Positions 13,301 to 31,500 of a stretch of 64,000 nucleotides of DNA are shown here, in pieces (positions within the stretch are counted from its first letter, which is position 1; every line of letters starts with the position of its first letter). The translations under genes and the position numbers were made by a program. The notes under the pieces were generated by a model, which saw only the letters and a list, made by a program, of their open reading frames with translations, did no database searches and had not been told where the DNA came from. Origin of the DNA: Chrysomallon squamiferum (taxonomy: Eukaryota > Animalia > Mollusca); contig CM022665.1 of assembly GCA_012295275.1 (NCBI GenBank), forward strand, positions 15,562,001 to 15,626,000, given 5' to 3'.

Positions 13301-16300
13301 TGGTTCTCTGGTGATTTCTTTTCACTCTTAACCACATGTTTGTAAAAACAGCAGGAACTGAAAATACAGCCTACAATGTGTCTCCTCCAGGCTCTCTGAA
13401 TTACAACAGCTGCCGCCTTTGAAGTCATTGGCTCCTTATTGTCTTGTTCACCTTGCTTCCTCAAAACAGAAACAAAAGCGTCATTAAAATATAATTTAAA
13501 AAAATAGGAAAATGGATCAATTAATGGAGGAAATAATTAATGGGTGGATAAATTAACACAGATTTAATCAACTGATGAATGAATTAATTAATATTTAATT
13601 AATATTAAATTAATATTAAATGAATATTTAATGCAGATCTTCCCAAAGACAGGAAATTATTTTAAATGGCAAAATAACATTATTTCTGACAAAGGAAAGA
13701 GAAAATGTTGACTAACTGTATAGCAGCCTGATAGGTAGAGTAAGTCAAAACCTCTTTGCCATTTTTGTTTAGCAATCCCAGATTATTCTACAAAAATAAC
13801 ATAATTAAAAGTGTAACAAAACCCTGCATAAAAGCAGACATAGTAGACTGTCAGCATGTGTGAGTTCTGCATGCAAATTTTATTGATACTTTTTTTGATA
13901 TTAAGAACATAGATTAAAAAGTACTATTAAATTTAAATTTATTTTATTCTCTTCATATTTTGTTATGATTCCTTACTTTTATTTTTTATTATTTTTTGCT
14001 AACTTATTTGCTTTTCTTTTAATTTTATTTATTTAATATTTTGTTTTTGATGCACTTTCATCCAAGAATAAGATATATTTTTATATATATACACACATAC
14101 ATACATAAATATATGTCATCAATTAAAAAACAGATTTTGAAACAGATTCTATTTTCAAAATTCAGATATTGCCAATTTTTATTTAATAATACAGGAAAAT
14201 AACAACATCACAAAACACACAAATATATGTTATAAAAGAAGTATACTGATAAAAGGCGAGAAAAACTTTTATTTAAAAAATAAGTAAAATAAAATAAAAG
14301 AGAAATTAAACAGGAAAACAAAAACTAAGAAATCTCAGGAAACTATAAAAATTGTTTAGATTTATGAATTTATTACAAAACAGACACGATGGTTTAGTAC
14401 AAATATATTTTAAATGTTTACATGTTACCTCAAGTTCATTGGAATCATCAGAGTCTTCAAAATCATCATTTTCTTTGTCTATAATGTCTTCCTCAAATTC
14501 ATCAAGTTCATGGCACCTGTCTTGTTCAATTTTACTCTCACCATATACAGCTGTTGTGCTAGACATAGGATCCTTCTTTAGTTGATACTCAATACTATTT
14601 CTGAAAGAAAGAAGAAACAAGTTTTAATCAATGACACACTTGACATATCTAAGGTTTTAAGGCATCAATATTTTTGATTGAATGGTAAGACAACCCAGAT
14701 TTATAGAAGGCTCAGTTATATATTTAAAATATAAAATAAACAAACAATAAAGAATAAAATATTACACTTCCAAAGCTGCTTGTTTTCTTCTGTTTTTTCT
14801 AATAATTCTCTTTTTTCGGGAAGCCTAATATATATTCTGATGATACCTGTAATACCAGTGATAAATCAGTCACTGGACAATGAATGGAAGAGGAAACAGA
14901 TTAACAGGAGTACAAAGTGGAACTGATCTTGTGACCTATCATACATCATGAAACCAGACTGCCTGTGAACTAAAACATGCTCCCATCACTTGAAAAGAAT
15001 TTTAAATCTTTATAATCAAGAATAATTTTATTCTATCTACACTAACACTAACCCTAACTGCTTAAATTGACATCTATGAGTTATAGTTCACAAAGCAAAT
15101 AATGAAGTGTGTAGTAATACTGCTGGAAAACTAAAGAGAAGTGCAAAAGATTCAAAAGTGGTAATAGCCACCTCTCCATACCCAATGTAAGCCCACACCA
15201 TTTTTAATCCCAATTCTAAATTTCCTTCTAAACCTAGTAACATAAAAAGTTAAAATAAGAAAAAGAATTTCAGTCTTTAAAAATTTAAAAATGTGTGAAA
15301 AGAACAAGAAGATCTGTAGTAGATAATATCTCCTCCATGTGCTGCAAGTCTTTTACTAACTACATATACCAAAAAGCTTTAATAATTTTCTATTTAACAA
15401 ATAATATTTGTGTCTTATAATAAAAACAATACTAACCTTACCCAGTAACCTCTCCACAATCTCTGAATTTCAATGGCAGCTGCTATTTTAGCTTTTTCAC
15501 TCTTAACTTCATTTTTTATTATATCCTGAAAATCAAATTGTATTCTTTCCTTTGTAACAAAATAAACTGATAACCATCCTAACCTAACAAACATCACCAA
15601 ACCTTGCCTACATTTTTCTGCTGTACATTTTTCTTTACATCTACATTGTTTTTATGGATGCATATTGTTCTTACATTATTATATTACTTTATTATATGTT
15701 TAGCTTGATGTTTCTGTAAATGTTTGGGTTAATGTTTACATTCGCAATTTCCCAGACTTGTGCTCACTCTATTAGTCCAGGGTCAACAGTATATGTGATT
15801 ATATGCGTTTTTTGTAATAAACAGAAAAGGATAGCAATAAAAATATATCTGGATTACTGAATCTAAAAAAGGGACAAAGGGCAAACTTTACTTTGAAAAT
15901 GATTTTTCCACTTTTATGCACATTATAAAATCTATTTCCTAATCTAAATGTGTAAAAAATCAAATAAAAAACAAAAATACTAATTTAGAAAAGCGAATTT
16001 TCAGACAAAAATGCAGGTGAATTTTTAAATATTTACATAAAATCTGACAATAAATGATTTAAAATGTGAAGAAAACTTTAAATAATTATAACTTTAGAAA
16101 TTAAAATTAAAATTACCAATCTATCCTTTTTTGTTGCTGGTGCCAATATTACTGTTACAGAATCTGGATGCACTGAAATGAATAGGAAAACATAGATAAA
16201 ATTCTTGTGTTCATCTATCCCGAAATATTTTATTTTTTTAAATAATGCTATAATTTGCCTATACATATGTCAGTGTGTGCGTGTGCGTGTGTGTGTATGT

Positions 16301-16360
16301 GTGTGTGTGTGCGTGTATGTAATTATTTTTAATTAGCCCCAGGTTTTCGTAGTCTTTGTT

Positions 16361-16396
<36 letters not shown>

Positions 16397-16495
16397 CTTG
16401 TTTATGCAATTCTGTGAAAATTGAATCAACCAAAATATAGTCTTACCCCCATTCGATGTGCTTTGATCTTTGGCTTTTGTTGTCCCTTTTGACAT
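7512..16495 (-). CDS. C11orf65: C11orf65/MFI (mitochondrial fission factor interactor)-like protein with IQ-like motifs, 12 exons, ~451 aa
   Basis: Exons 16447-16495, 16117-16172, 15437-15525, 14429-14600, 13375-13455, 11755-11901, 11070-11226, 10421-10554, 10076-10140, 9090-9260, 8246-8301, 7512-7690 join in phase with GT-AG boundaries. Peptides GDPMLMLRCINPNEAKLLDSAAGIHIRFRLAG, FPPNIYYKIYTHRPVVDMCANSPKDY, GWYKRIENNGWRLVS, EWEVDELLDWTTSLNFDDYLGTWKDIATS match the C11orf65 family as I recall it. The first four exons and the exon 5 acceptor (AAG rather than the upstream GAG) are less certain. Confidence 0.85.
10291..10353. repeat. (TAA)n microsatellite
   Basis: Direct reading; it explains the poly-Tyr ORF. 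Confidence 0.95.
12940..13102. repeat. ~68-bp tandem duplication (~2.4 units)
   Basis: The unit ...ATTGCACTTCTAATATA...AAATTATTTTT.AAGAGGTGAGAAAACTTTAATTATTA... is repeated directly. Confidence 0.8.
14850..14990 (-). mobile_element. Possible decayed tRNA-derived SINE
   Basis: A GC-richer island in an AT-rich intron, with weak resemblance to a reverse-oriented tRNA-like head. Not verifiable without a repeat library. Confidence 0.25.
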
Positions 16496-19400
16496 TTCTA
16501 TGTCAGAACATAGCTTATACTTATTTCAGTTTCTAAGTTCGAACCAAAAAAAAAATTAATTAAAAGCAGAAAACATTAAAACAAAATTCTAATCCTGAGA
16601 TGAGGGAACATAGTCCTCGTTGCCAATCGACAACAATTGTTATTTCCGGTACAACGAAAAATGAAAACCTTATTCTCGTACAGAACGTGAAAACTCGAGA
16701 TTAAATATTAAGATAATAACCTTCACCTTTCTCACTATTCCTTAGAAAGTTTGACATGCGAATGCCATCCAGTTTATGTTTTTAGAATTAATAGTCTCCA
16801 TCATTAAATAACACTAATACTAATAAAAATAAGACTATACTGTACAATGTCAGCTTCAGTGATTTATCCTATGACTTACTGAAAAGTGGGCCGTTTGTTT
16901 TAAAAATACCAAATTGGATCTGTCGTATAATTGGTTTTGTCGTTCTAAGTCTGTGGGGTGCGATTCTAGGAAAAAAGTCACAATTTCTTTTTATTAAAAT
17001 TAAGAACTATATTAGGAATGAAAGATAGATGAAACGCGTGTTCTTTGATTTTAATGTTGGTGGGTTAGGCGGATGTTCCACCCAATACCACGAGGAAATT
17101 CTGCGACAGTCGCAAATTGCAGTCCTCAAGCCTCTCTGTAAGTCTGTTATCATTGAACCTCGAGAATTACAACTAGATGTTTTGATGCATTTCCACTACA
17201 ATTTTGTTTTGCGAGTTGCATGTTTTGGTATACATGAACCCCTCATAACAGATTTTGTTACCGCGTTATTGCTATAAATAACTTCCATATTAAACATACT
17301 TCTGATACTAGAGCAAGTGAAGAATATATATTGAAACACATTTTAACCTGGGACATTTTATAAATCATTTACAATAGGAAGCCCTTAGTTTAAATCTATC
17401 CTAATCAGTAAGCTAAACTGAAGCTAGACCCAATATGAAGCCCCTTTCTTTAATCTAGCCTAATCAATACTCTTAAGAATTACCCCATCCATACTATGAT
17501 GTCACATTCAACATGCTACAAACCCATACATTTTGTGACTTTTTTCCTGTACTTTTCCAGTCTTTTTTTTTCCAGTCACCGCTGATCAGCTGGTTTTCTC
17601 TTTATTAAAAATAAAAATTTAGAAAAAATAAGACGTTTGACATAATTAATGTGTTGTAATGTAAGAAATACGTGCTATCAAGTTTAATTAACAGTAAAAA
17701 TCTACAGTAGTAACAATATTTCCATTTCCATACCATCTTTACTTGTAAAATGTAAATAAATAAAGTATTTACTACATCAAATAACTTCACGGATATTCTG
17801 ATGTTTGGGCAGTTTTCACAGTATCTGTTATGTTTACTCTTTATCTTGTCTCCATACCTGAACAGATGTGTCCGATATGGATAACTTACTTGGTGCCAAA
17901 ATGTTTTGCCACCCTTTTGCTGGAGATATTCTTGAAGACAGTGATGTGTTAAAACTAAAAGTTACAGAGCAATCATTCATTCATAACATAGTACAGTGCT
18001 GATTTTGTTAATTACATTAAATTTACAGGAATTTGTTTTCTTGCAGTTAATCTAACCAATAATTAATTAATGTGTCATGTTTATTTTACCTTGGTATGAG
18101 TAGTATTTGTACATGTAAGCCCATCAAAAAAAACAAAAACAATTTGCTTTAATTACTGATACAAGAAACTATTTTGCAATTCCAAATCTCCATATAAAAA
18201 TATCACAGAAACATATAAAAGAAATTGTTTTTTCAGTTAGCTCTCTGAAGTTAGATGCCTTGGGATTTATGATACTGTGAAAAATGTTTAGTAAAAAAAT
18301 AATCTATATTAAAACAACAAAAGATTTATTTCCACAAAATGTTTTACTAAAAATATTTTGACAACATGCATCAAAATGAAACAAATACATAGATGTTAAA
18401 CAACAAATATGAACACCACTATGATGATTATATTTTGAGTTTTGACTGAAAATATTTTCTAAAAGATAAAAAATAATAATAAAAATTAATAAATAAATCT
18501 TAAAATAAACTGAAATGGACCATTGTATCAAGTAGTTCATCCACAATGATAAATTACTAATCTTTTGATAAATATTGTGATTAATGAATTTAATCTTGCT
18601 AAATGGAACCAGATACTGGTATTAAGAAATGAATGGGATGGATTGAAAGTTTTAATATTTATATTCATATTCTTAATAATTTCTGCCTTTGGTATTCACT
18701 AATGTACAAATATACTAAAACAAGAGTTGCAAAAGTGAACCAGTCAATATCAAAGGGCTTTCTAAACGTTACATTACAATACAAAAAGCAATATACTATT
18801 TAAAAAAATATACAGTGATAAAAAAACAAAAAAAAAACAAACATTTATTACTACTATTCGAAGAAAAAATGAATCTTTTGTTTGGTATTTTTTGTACATA
18901 TTTTATTTTTGTTAACTACAACAAAAAATAAATGATTGTTAGAATGTTCTGCAGGTAATGATAGGAGGTAAAGCCAATTTCTTGGGCAAGATAACATATC
19001 AAGCATACACTGATAATGACTAAGTAATACTGCTTCTTTGATGTAGATCTAGTATACATAATAAAACAACTGACTTTTTAATGTATGCCATTTGAAACAA
19101 TGAATCAAGCTTTGATTGAAAATGAAAAAATGTCACTTGATGGTATCTATATATCAATGAAAAAACTTGAAAACAATGCACATTTCTATGATGAAAATGT
19201 TTTAATCATGTATGGACTGTTTTCTATATTCTTTTTTTTACAACAACTTTTGACAAGAGAAATAACTTACTTTCATGATGCATCATACAGATTTCATGAA
19301 AAACTTTTCTGGAACGATAAAAATATGGGAAGGTTTTGGAATTATTTGCAGTAGAGATCTGAATTAATCAATGTTAAAAGAATTACAAAACATATAATGC

Positions 19401-21058
19401 CACATTATGAAAAAAAAGGATTTAATTTTTTCATTATTAATTTTTTAATGCTAGATGGGATTATACAAGATACTGTAATATTTAATATATATGTATCTTT
19501 TTACAACAATGAAAGTAAACAGTTATGAAACAAATCAATTACAATACCAGAAATTATATTAGATATTTTTGTCAACATTTTTGTTCTTCTGAACAAAATC
19601 TGAATGCCATACTTTGTCAGTCACCATAGCTTTTATAACCATCAGCTTCATTGCCCAGAATCAAGACATAACTAGTTTCGAAACTCTTAAGACTGCCAAT
19701 ATAAAATTGATGCAAAATATTTTTAGTATCTATAATTTATAAAATCACATGTAACTGATATTTTATTTAACATTTATTACTGGTACTGAAATATTTCTAA
19801 TGAGTATTGGCTTTTGTTTTATTTGTATGAAATTGCTAAAAATAAGAAGTTAAAACCACATTATTTCTTTATCTATTAATATTTTAAGTGCATTTATAAA
19901 AAAGAAAAAAAAAAAAAAAGGTTTATGTAAATCCCGAAGTGTGTCTGATTATAAATAAAATTTCTCAAAGCAATATGAAAAATAAAAAGAAATTGTTTAA
20001 TACAGCCTATTCAGATGAATAAATTTATAAACACCATTTTTATTGTTCTTTGGGGTTGTTTTATTCACAGAATAAAAGTACATATAGATCAACTATATGA
20101 TTCTAATAACATCAAGAAAACATTACAAATACTTCGCAACTAATCTTATTGTTCTGAAATAGCAATGAAACCAAATAAATAAAATACTTGTGAGATCAGT
20201 AAAGAAAATTGTTTGCAAAAAATGACTGTATATCTCCTCTTTCAAATGATCGCACAAAACTCATTATGAATATTATATAAAACTGCATATAACAATACTA
20301 AAATAATGAGGGAAAAATTACCACCAACAATTAAATGCATAAGATTTACAATCACAACACAGACAACAGCTAATGCTTTACTAACAAAATTATTATGCTA
20401 CGTTATTCATTTAGATGTTTTCTACAAATTGTAAACAGTTTGTTACAATGTACAGTATACAACAGATATTTACCATTTTATTCACCACACAATCCTGCAT
20501 TTAAAGTATGGCATGCTAAATAATCTGTCTTTGCTCTCTTGACTTGAACAGGCATGGGTGAACAAATCTTTGATTGAACATACTGAAAATTACCCAAGTC
20601 CACATCTGCCATTATTTTTTTAATACAAGTATTGTAACTGAATAAATGTTTGAGAATAACAAAGATCATGATAAGCATTTTTAGTTGACTTTTATTTATA
20701 TTTTAACTATAAATTCTTTGTAAATGATTCAGTATCAAATTTATAAGTGAAATAGGTCATTTATATTTATAATATAAATTAAATAATGGTATTTTTTAAC
20801 TAACTTTTTTAGTGTACTTTTTCATGTCAAAATTGTCCAGCAACAAGTAGACACAGGTGTTTATCTAAGTGTCAAAACAAAAACTGATCATCAAATTTAA
20901 TCTTCTGAAGAAAACTAAACCAGAATTGATTTTCAACAGAGGTACAAACAAAATCTTTCTTTGGTTGATAATTTACATTAAATAAATCCATTTACTCAAC
21001 AGACACACTGATAAACTCCAAACATTCGTCATGTAATCAAGTCTACAGTCACTCTTCA

Positions 21059-21369
21059 TCATTGCACTTTCTTGTCCTCCTTTGGATGACCAATGTGCTC
21101 ACTGTGTTCTTTCTTTCCAGCGAAGACCGATTTGGGCTCGGCAGTTAAAGACTGCAGGAAAATGATGAGACGACAAGTCAGCAAAAGGGCAAACACAATT
21201 GCAGGACTCATTTTGTCAATTCCTTCATCCAGAGCAAAGTGAGCATAAATGTCATTCAGCATGATGGTGAGCAGGACAATATTAGCTGCTTCCTTTAAAG
21301 AACCTGAAAATGCAACAGTACAAATTCACAAATTCAAATTTCTTTAAAAATATAAATAATAACAAAGAC

Positions 21370-21405
<36 letters not shown>

Positions 21406-22813
21406 TTATAGCAAATTTAAAATAATTTATCGGTTATGCATTTACTACTATTTAACTAATTTATAATTAAATACATTTATCAAATTGAGTATTAGCGTTT
21501 TCATTATGATCAGATATAAAGCAATTTCTCTGTTTTAAATTTGTATTCAAACATAAAGCTATTTAAATGCATCACTGAACTTACACATTTATCAGCCATC
21601 TAATAGGAGTATACGTAACTATCAATTTAATAGTGAAGGGGGAAAAGATTTTAAGAATTCTTCATTTGTAACTTATAAATTGTAAGAAATTAAATTATTA
21701 TTATTATTTTTTTGTTTTAATATCTGCTGACCTGGCACAAATGCAAGCAAAACTCCACAAACCACTTCTGCTGTGCCTATGGCTTTCCTGTATGTATGAG
21801 GATTGGGTTTCCAGCCTGTTTGTTTAACTAATGGAAACACTTTTGAATTGCGAATATAGGTCTTTCTCTAAAATAGAAAATTAAACAACAAAATATTATA
21901 TATTAACGCACACAAGCCTAACACTGTGGATACAGAACTGAGAATAACAAAACAATTTTACTGTAACTGTAAATGTTATGTGTTATATAATGTAACATTA
22001 TGAATGATTTGAAAATGTATACACTGACTGTAAATAAGATAATATTATTGATACATTATCATCATTATATTAATAAAACAAATATATAGCATTGATTTTA
22101 TCTTCTGTGAACTATCCGTATTTTTATTTTTCAAAATATTGTCTCTTATAAAAAAAAAATTTAAACATTCGTATATATTTTTTAAATCCAACATTTTCTA
22201 TCATTTCAATATGACTTAATTTAAGTCTTAATTAAGCTAATATTATTTATTTTTAATTTTACTATTTTTTTTTTATTATTAATCATTGAATGCAAACGAT
22301 TTGCTGGGAATGTTTCGTCAGTATTCGTTTCATTAGAGGCTATAAATAAATGATTTTGGGCTATTTTGACTGTATCATCATAATTATATTTTATATTTAG
22401 ATACATTATGATTATCAATATATGAATCTTTCTAACCAGGCTAAACGTTTTCGTTTTGGCGCGATTTGTTTCACTAAATTACAAATTAATTTTTTTAATA
22501 TTTTTATTAGACTAGTCAAGTAATATTTACCAAGAGATTATAATTAGTTTATATATGAAAATCCATATGGTTTTGCTGTCTCTACAGTCTAAGACCGTGA
22601 CAGAACTGGTAAAGAAGCATTAAACGCATCAACAGGCAAATCGAAGAAAATTCTGGCGCCATCAGATCGGTCGCTCAATCATTTTCTAAATTGTGTTCTT
22701 ACCATTTCTTTATAAATTTCTCCATTAACTGAAGGTGTCAGTTTTATGGTGCCAACAAAAACAAAGAATAAACCAAGCGTTAGAGACAAAACTCTAATCA
22801 CTAATAAAGTCAT
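21059..22813 (-). CDS. TMEM35: TMEM35 / NACHO, ER chaperone of nicotinic acetylcholine receptors, 3 exons, 163 aa
   Basis: Exons 22703-22813, 21732-21867, 21059-21303 are in phase. MTLLVIRVLSLTLGLFFVFVGTIKLTP..., RKAIGTAEVVCG..., PGSLKEAANIVLL... and VFALLLTCRLII match NACHO. The C-terminal KKVQ is a dilysine ER-retrieval signal. Confidence 0.93.
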
Positions 22814-23688
22814 TGTTAGGTTTTCTTTTGTAAACTTGGCGTTCTATGGTTTGTTGTCTGCTTTTCGATACCCTTCCGCTTTCAGACTTATTAAAATTAT
22901 ACATTGATCTGGAATGGGATTTAATGTTTCAACGTTATGATTTGATTTGATTTTTAAACTATATATCCTGTGTGTGAGTATATATGTATGTACATGAAGT
23001 ATTTAAATTATAGGTAATTTTATACAAACATGAGATCATTTTTATTATTGTAACTGAAAATAAAAATTTAAGAAAACAAGAAATTTAGTTGAATTTTAAA
23101 TTCTTGTTAAGTAGGCTAATAGTTATTATTAGAAAAAGGAGACTAATTTTGGCAATAAATGAATTAATATCATTCTGCATGCAGTAAAAATAACAACAAC
23201 AATAATACATGTAATGTATTATTGTTGTTGTTTTCCTTGTTTGACTATGCGCTTATAATAAACTAATATTATTATATAATTATTTAGTTAGTTTTAAATC
23301 AGCTAACTACGAAGTAAAGCGTTCTCACAATGTTGTAAGTATTTATTCAGATAAATCCGCTCAACAGACATAGTGTACGAACAAATAAAAAAAGGGTACA
23401 TTTCTAGACAGTTCTAACATGCAGAATTTTATATTACAAGATAGTAACAATAACCTGGAAACAAAGTTCCTATCAAATGCGAAATGAGCGTAGAATATCT
23501 TATTTTGTGTTTATATATCCATGTTATGATACGATATAAATGAACAAATTACATGTGTAAAAGAAAATAAATAAAAAATTATTTTTTTCGGCTATAAATG
23601 GAATATTAAATTTATATTGTCATAACGCGTTTCATTTTTTTTTATACCACAGTTTCTTGTTTCTGCAGTCAAACCTGTTCAGACAAAC
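22814..23688. promoter_or_regulatory. Divergent promoter / 5' UTR region of TMEM35 and LANCL3
   Basis: The start codons are ~0.88 kb apart on opposite strands. CpG is enriched around 22440-22880. A donor-like GTGAGT near 22974 and an acceptor at ~23668 suggest the LANCL3 start site is very close to TMEM35. Confidence 0.55.
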
Positions 23689-28537
<4,849 letters not shown>

Positions 28538-31500
28538 GTTACCACAGATGTAAGAATAATTCAGCTAGGCTTCTTTCATCAACCATTAATTCGTGTTAGC
28601 ATTCGTATAGTTTGTTAATCATTCTTCACAAATTATTTATAAACACAATTTGGAGTTAAAATTCTTTGCTGTTCTGCAGAGTTCTTGAAGATACAGTTTG
28701 ATGTTGTGTTATACACAATCTACATTGACATAATGATATTTTTATTATTATTTTATTTTTATTTTTATTTTTATTTTTTTATATTTTAATAACATTTATT
28801 TTGTTATCTTAGAAGACACTTAAAAATAGATTTATTTTAATTTATAAGGAAAAAGAGTTAAGTATTTTACATTGATGTTGCATAAAGCAAGTTTTGTTGT
28901 TGTTGTTGTTTTATTTCAACTGTTCATGTTATTTCCCATTGCAGTAGCTCATTGTGGCTTTGAGTCCATCATAAAGCCAAACACTAGACCGATTATAGCT
29001 TCTTTGTATAATTTGAATTTCATTTTAGCTTTTATAATACTTGAATGTTGTTAAAATAGTTCATTACGTGTTTAAACGTTTTAATAAAAGCATCACAATC
29101 AAACCATTTTTTTTTGTTTTAATTTGAAATAATCATTTAGCCCATGAAGTGTTTCCTCTCTTAGAGGTCCTCAACTATTTATCCAAACATTAAAGTCACT
29201 TTACCCTTTCACTACTTAATTCATTTTAAGTCTTTCCAGTAATGAAATTAATTATCCACCAAAAAATAGAATTTGTATTTTCTGCTTCTTGGCTGATACA
29301 GTGTTTGAGAGCCTCTGAAAGGTGCGACTCCTCACAGTACCCAGATGTTTTTTTAAAGGCCTTGGTGGTAAATCTGCTTTCAGCAATTAATAGTAAAAAA
29401 TGTTTAGTGAATATATCCACTTTTTGCAAGGAAGATGTTAACCATTAATAAAATTTGGTGAGTGGTTTAATAAATAAAAAATGCTTTCTCTCTTCAAGTT
29501 TTGTCATTTTGTTCTAAATAATTTACTTGGTCTGATCTAATCCACATGTTTGTATAAATACAAGTATTCATTGCTACCCAGGCATCTTTAAAGTAAGTTT
29601 TCCAAGTAAAATTATATGGCAATCTTCAGAAGTAAATGAGACAGGATGGACTGTTGAAACTCTGCAATCATAAATCATGGTATGATAGCATAGATTCCAT
29701 ATAGTAAACAAACAACTGATCCCCTGTTAATGTTATTATATATGTTGTAATAAACATTAATTCTGATCAAATCTGCTTTGGATAATGTGTCCAGTATAGG
29801 CTAAAATTTCATTTAAAAAATTTTTTTTTTTTTTAAAAATTCTGCAGTTTACATTTTAAAGGCTGTTTTTAAGATAACATCAAATATGTTTGTAAATTTG
29901 AGATATTATTTTGTAGCAAGAGGTACTTCACAGTCCTTTTTCCACAGACATAAAAGCATATATTTCAAGTTATGAACCAGTCTGGAACAAGGTTAGAATA
30001 AAGTGGTCTAACCAAGATCATCAGTCCTCGGCTCCTGAGCTGGAATCCTGTCATCATATTATAACATGTTTATGTATACTCATCTGGTACCAAAGCTTCA
30101 TGCTCCTGAATATGTTGGTATTCTCTACGATGTGTGAGAAGTAAATTTATATACAGCAGGCACACACACTCAAATTCATCCAAAGAAATTAAACAATTAT
30201 GGTAATTTTTTTAGACCCGTATCTTATTTTTAGAACTGTAATGCGGCTGTCTAAAGAGATATCTAAATGAAATGTGAAATGTTTTTAACAGGAACGATGC
30301 CATTTGAGAACATTCATTTCTTTTTTTTAAAAGGTGAACTGGATGAAAGTGTTTGTTTACATATGCTTTTAAGTATTTAGTAACTAAAGCACATAAGAAC
30401 ATGGGTTTACCAGAACACATTAACTACTATCTCAATCTGGTCTTTCAATACGGGCATTCCTCACTCAACCACGAAGTTCCATTTTTATGACTAGTCGTCA
30501 AGTGTATTGGATAATAAGCAAGAAGCAACCCTTTTCCTTACTTCAAGCATACCATACTGATAGTGATTTTGAGTCAGTCATCTTTAGGTATTGTTTTAAA
30601 ATCAGCTTTGCACCATTCATAACATCTTAAATACATTTTTAAACCTTAACATGAGATGGTGCTAACAAAATGAAAATGAAACTTATCTTGACATACAATA
30701 CTGATACTTCCAATGAAAGACATGAAAACAAAACAAAAAACTAAATCATTTTCTGCACCAGGCCCTTTATTTTTCCGGACAGAGCATTTCTTGCACATTA
30801 AAATTCAAAGTAGCAATTGAGACAGCTGGATCTGAAATTGCGCTCCATCTACCATACTATATTAAGGACCAAGGAATTAAAATGTTGGCAACACACAAAC
30901 GATATGTAACTGAAGCAAGTAACGACCACGAACATCAGTTTAAAACTAATAATAATGAAAATGACGACCTCACAAGATGACGTCGCTTACAGTAGTTTTC
31001 ATTTGGTCAAGACAACTGCACTGCTGGCAAAACATTAAAGATATATATATGTATATCAGTACACAATTCCTGTACTTTTAAGCAAAAAATAAAAAGATAA
31101 ACAATTAAAGTGTACGAATTAACTTGCTAACCAATAAATTAAAAAATATTTGGAATATTCCAATCCATAGTATTCCTCAAGAAATTCAAAATAAAATTTT
31201 AACATTTAAAACAATTAAATATTAAATTATTTATCAAATATATCTGTTTTAAAGCTGTATTCTGCTTGTTGCATAAGAAAGAAAAAAAAAGGAAAGAAAA
31301 AGAAACAATCATTATTAGAAGAAAGGAAAAAAAACAATAGTTTTAAGTACTTAAAACTGTTAAGTACTAAATATTAGTAAATTCAAGTATTTCTTCCCCT
31401 GAACTATACAGGGAATATATAAAAAATCAAAACTGCTCTTATATATTTCTGTAACAGCAAAAACATTTTTGCTTATACAGAGAAAAAAAAAAAAAAAAAA

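Noticed and set aside
17890-17955. Minus-strand exon-like segment with a GTAAGT donor (LTHHCLQEYLQQKGGKTFWHQ)
   Set aside because: No partner exons or recognisable homology.
19085-19354. 89-aa ORF between the MFI-like gene and TMEM35
   Set aside because: AT-rich composition, no motif and no splice partners; its length is compatible with chance.
29995-30055. tRNA-like A/B box remnants
   Set aside because: No cloverleaf and the boxes are too degenerate; at most a decayed SINE head.
31339-31358. Perfect 20-bp palindrome AGTTTTAAGTACTTAAAACT
   Set aside because: The arms are only 10 bp and AT-rich, which is plausible by chance in 64 kb of this composition.
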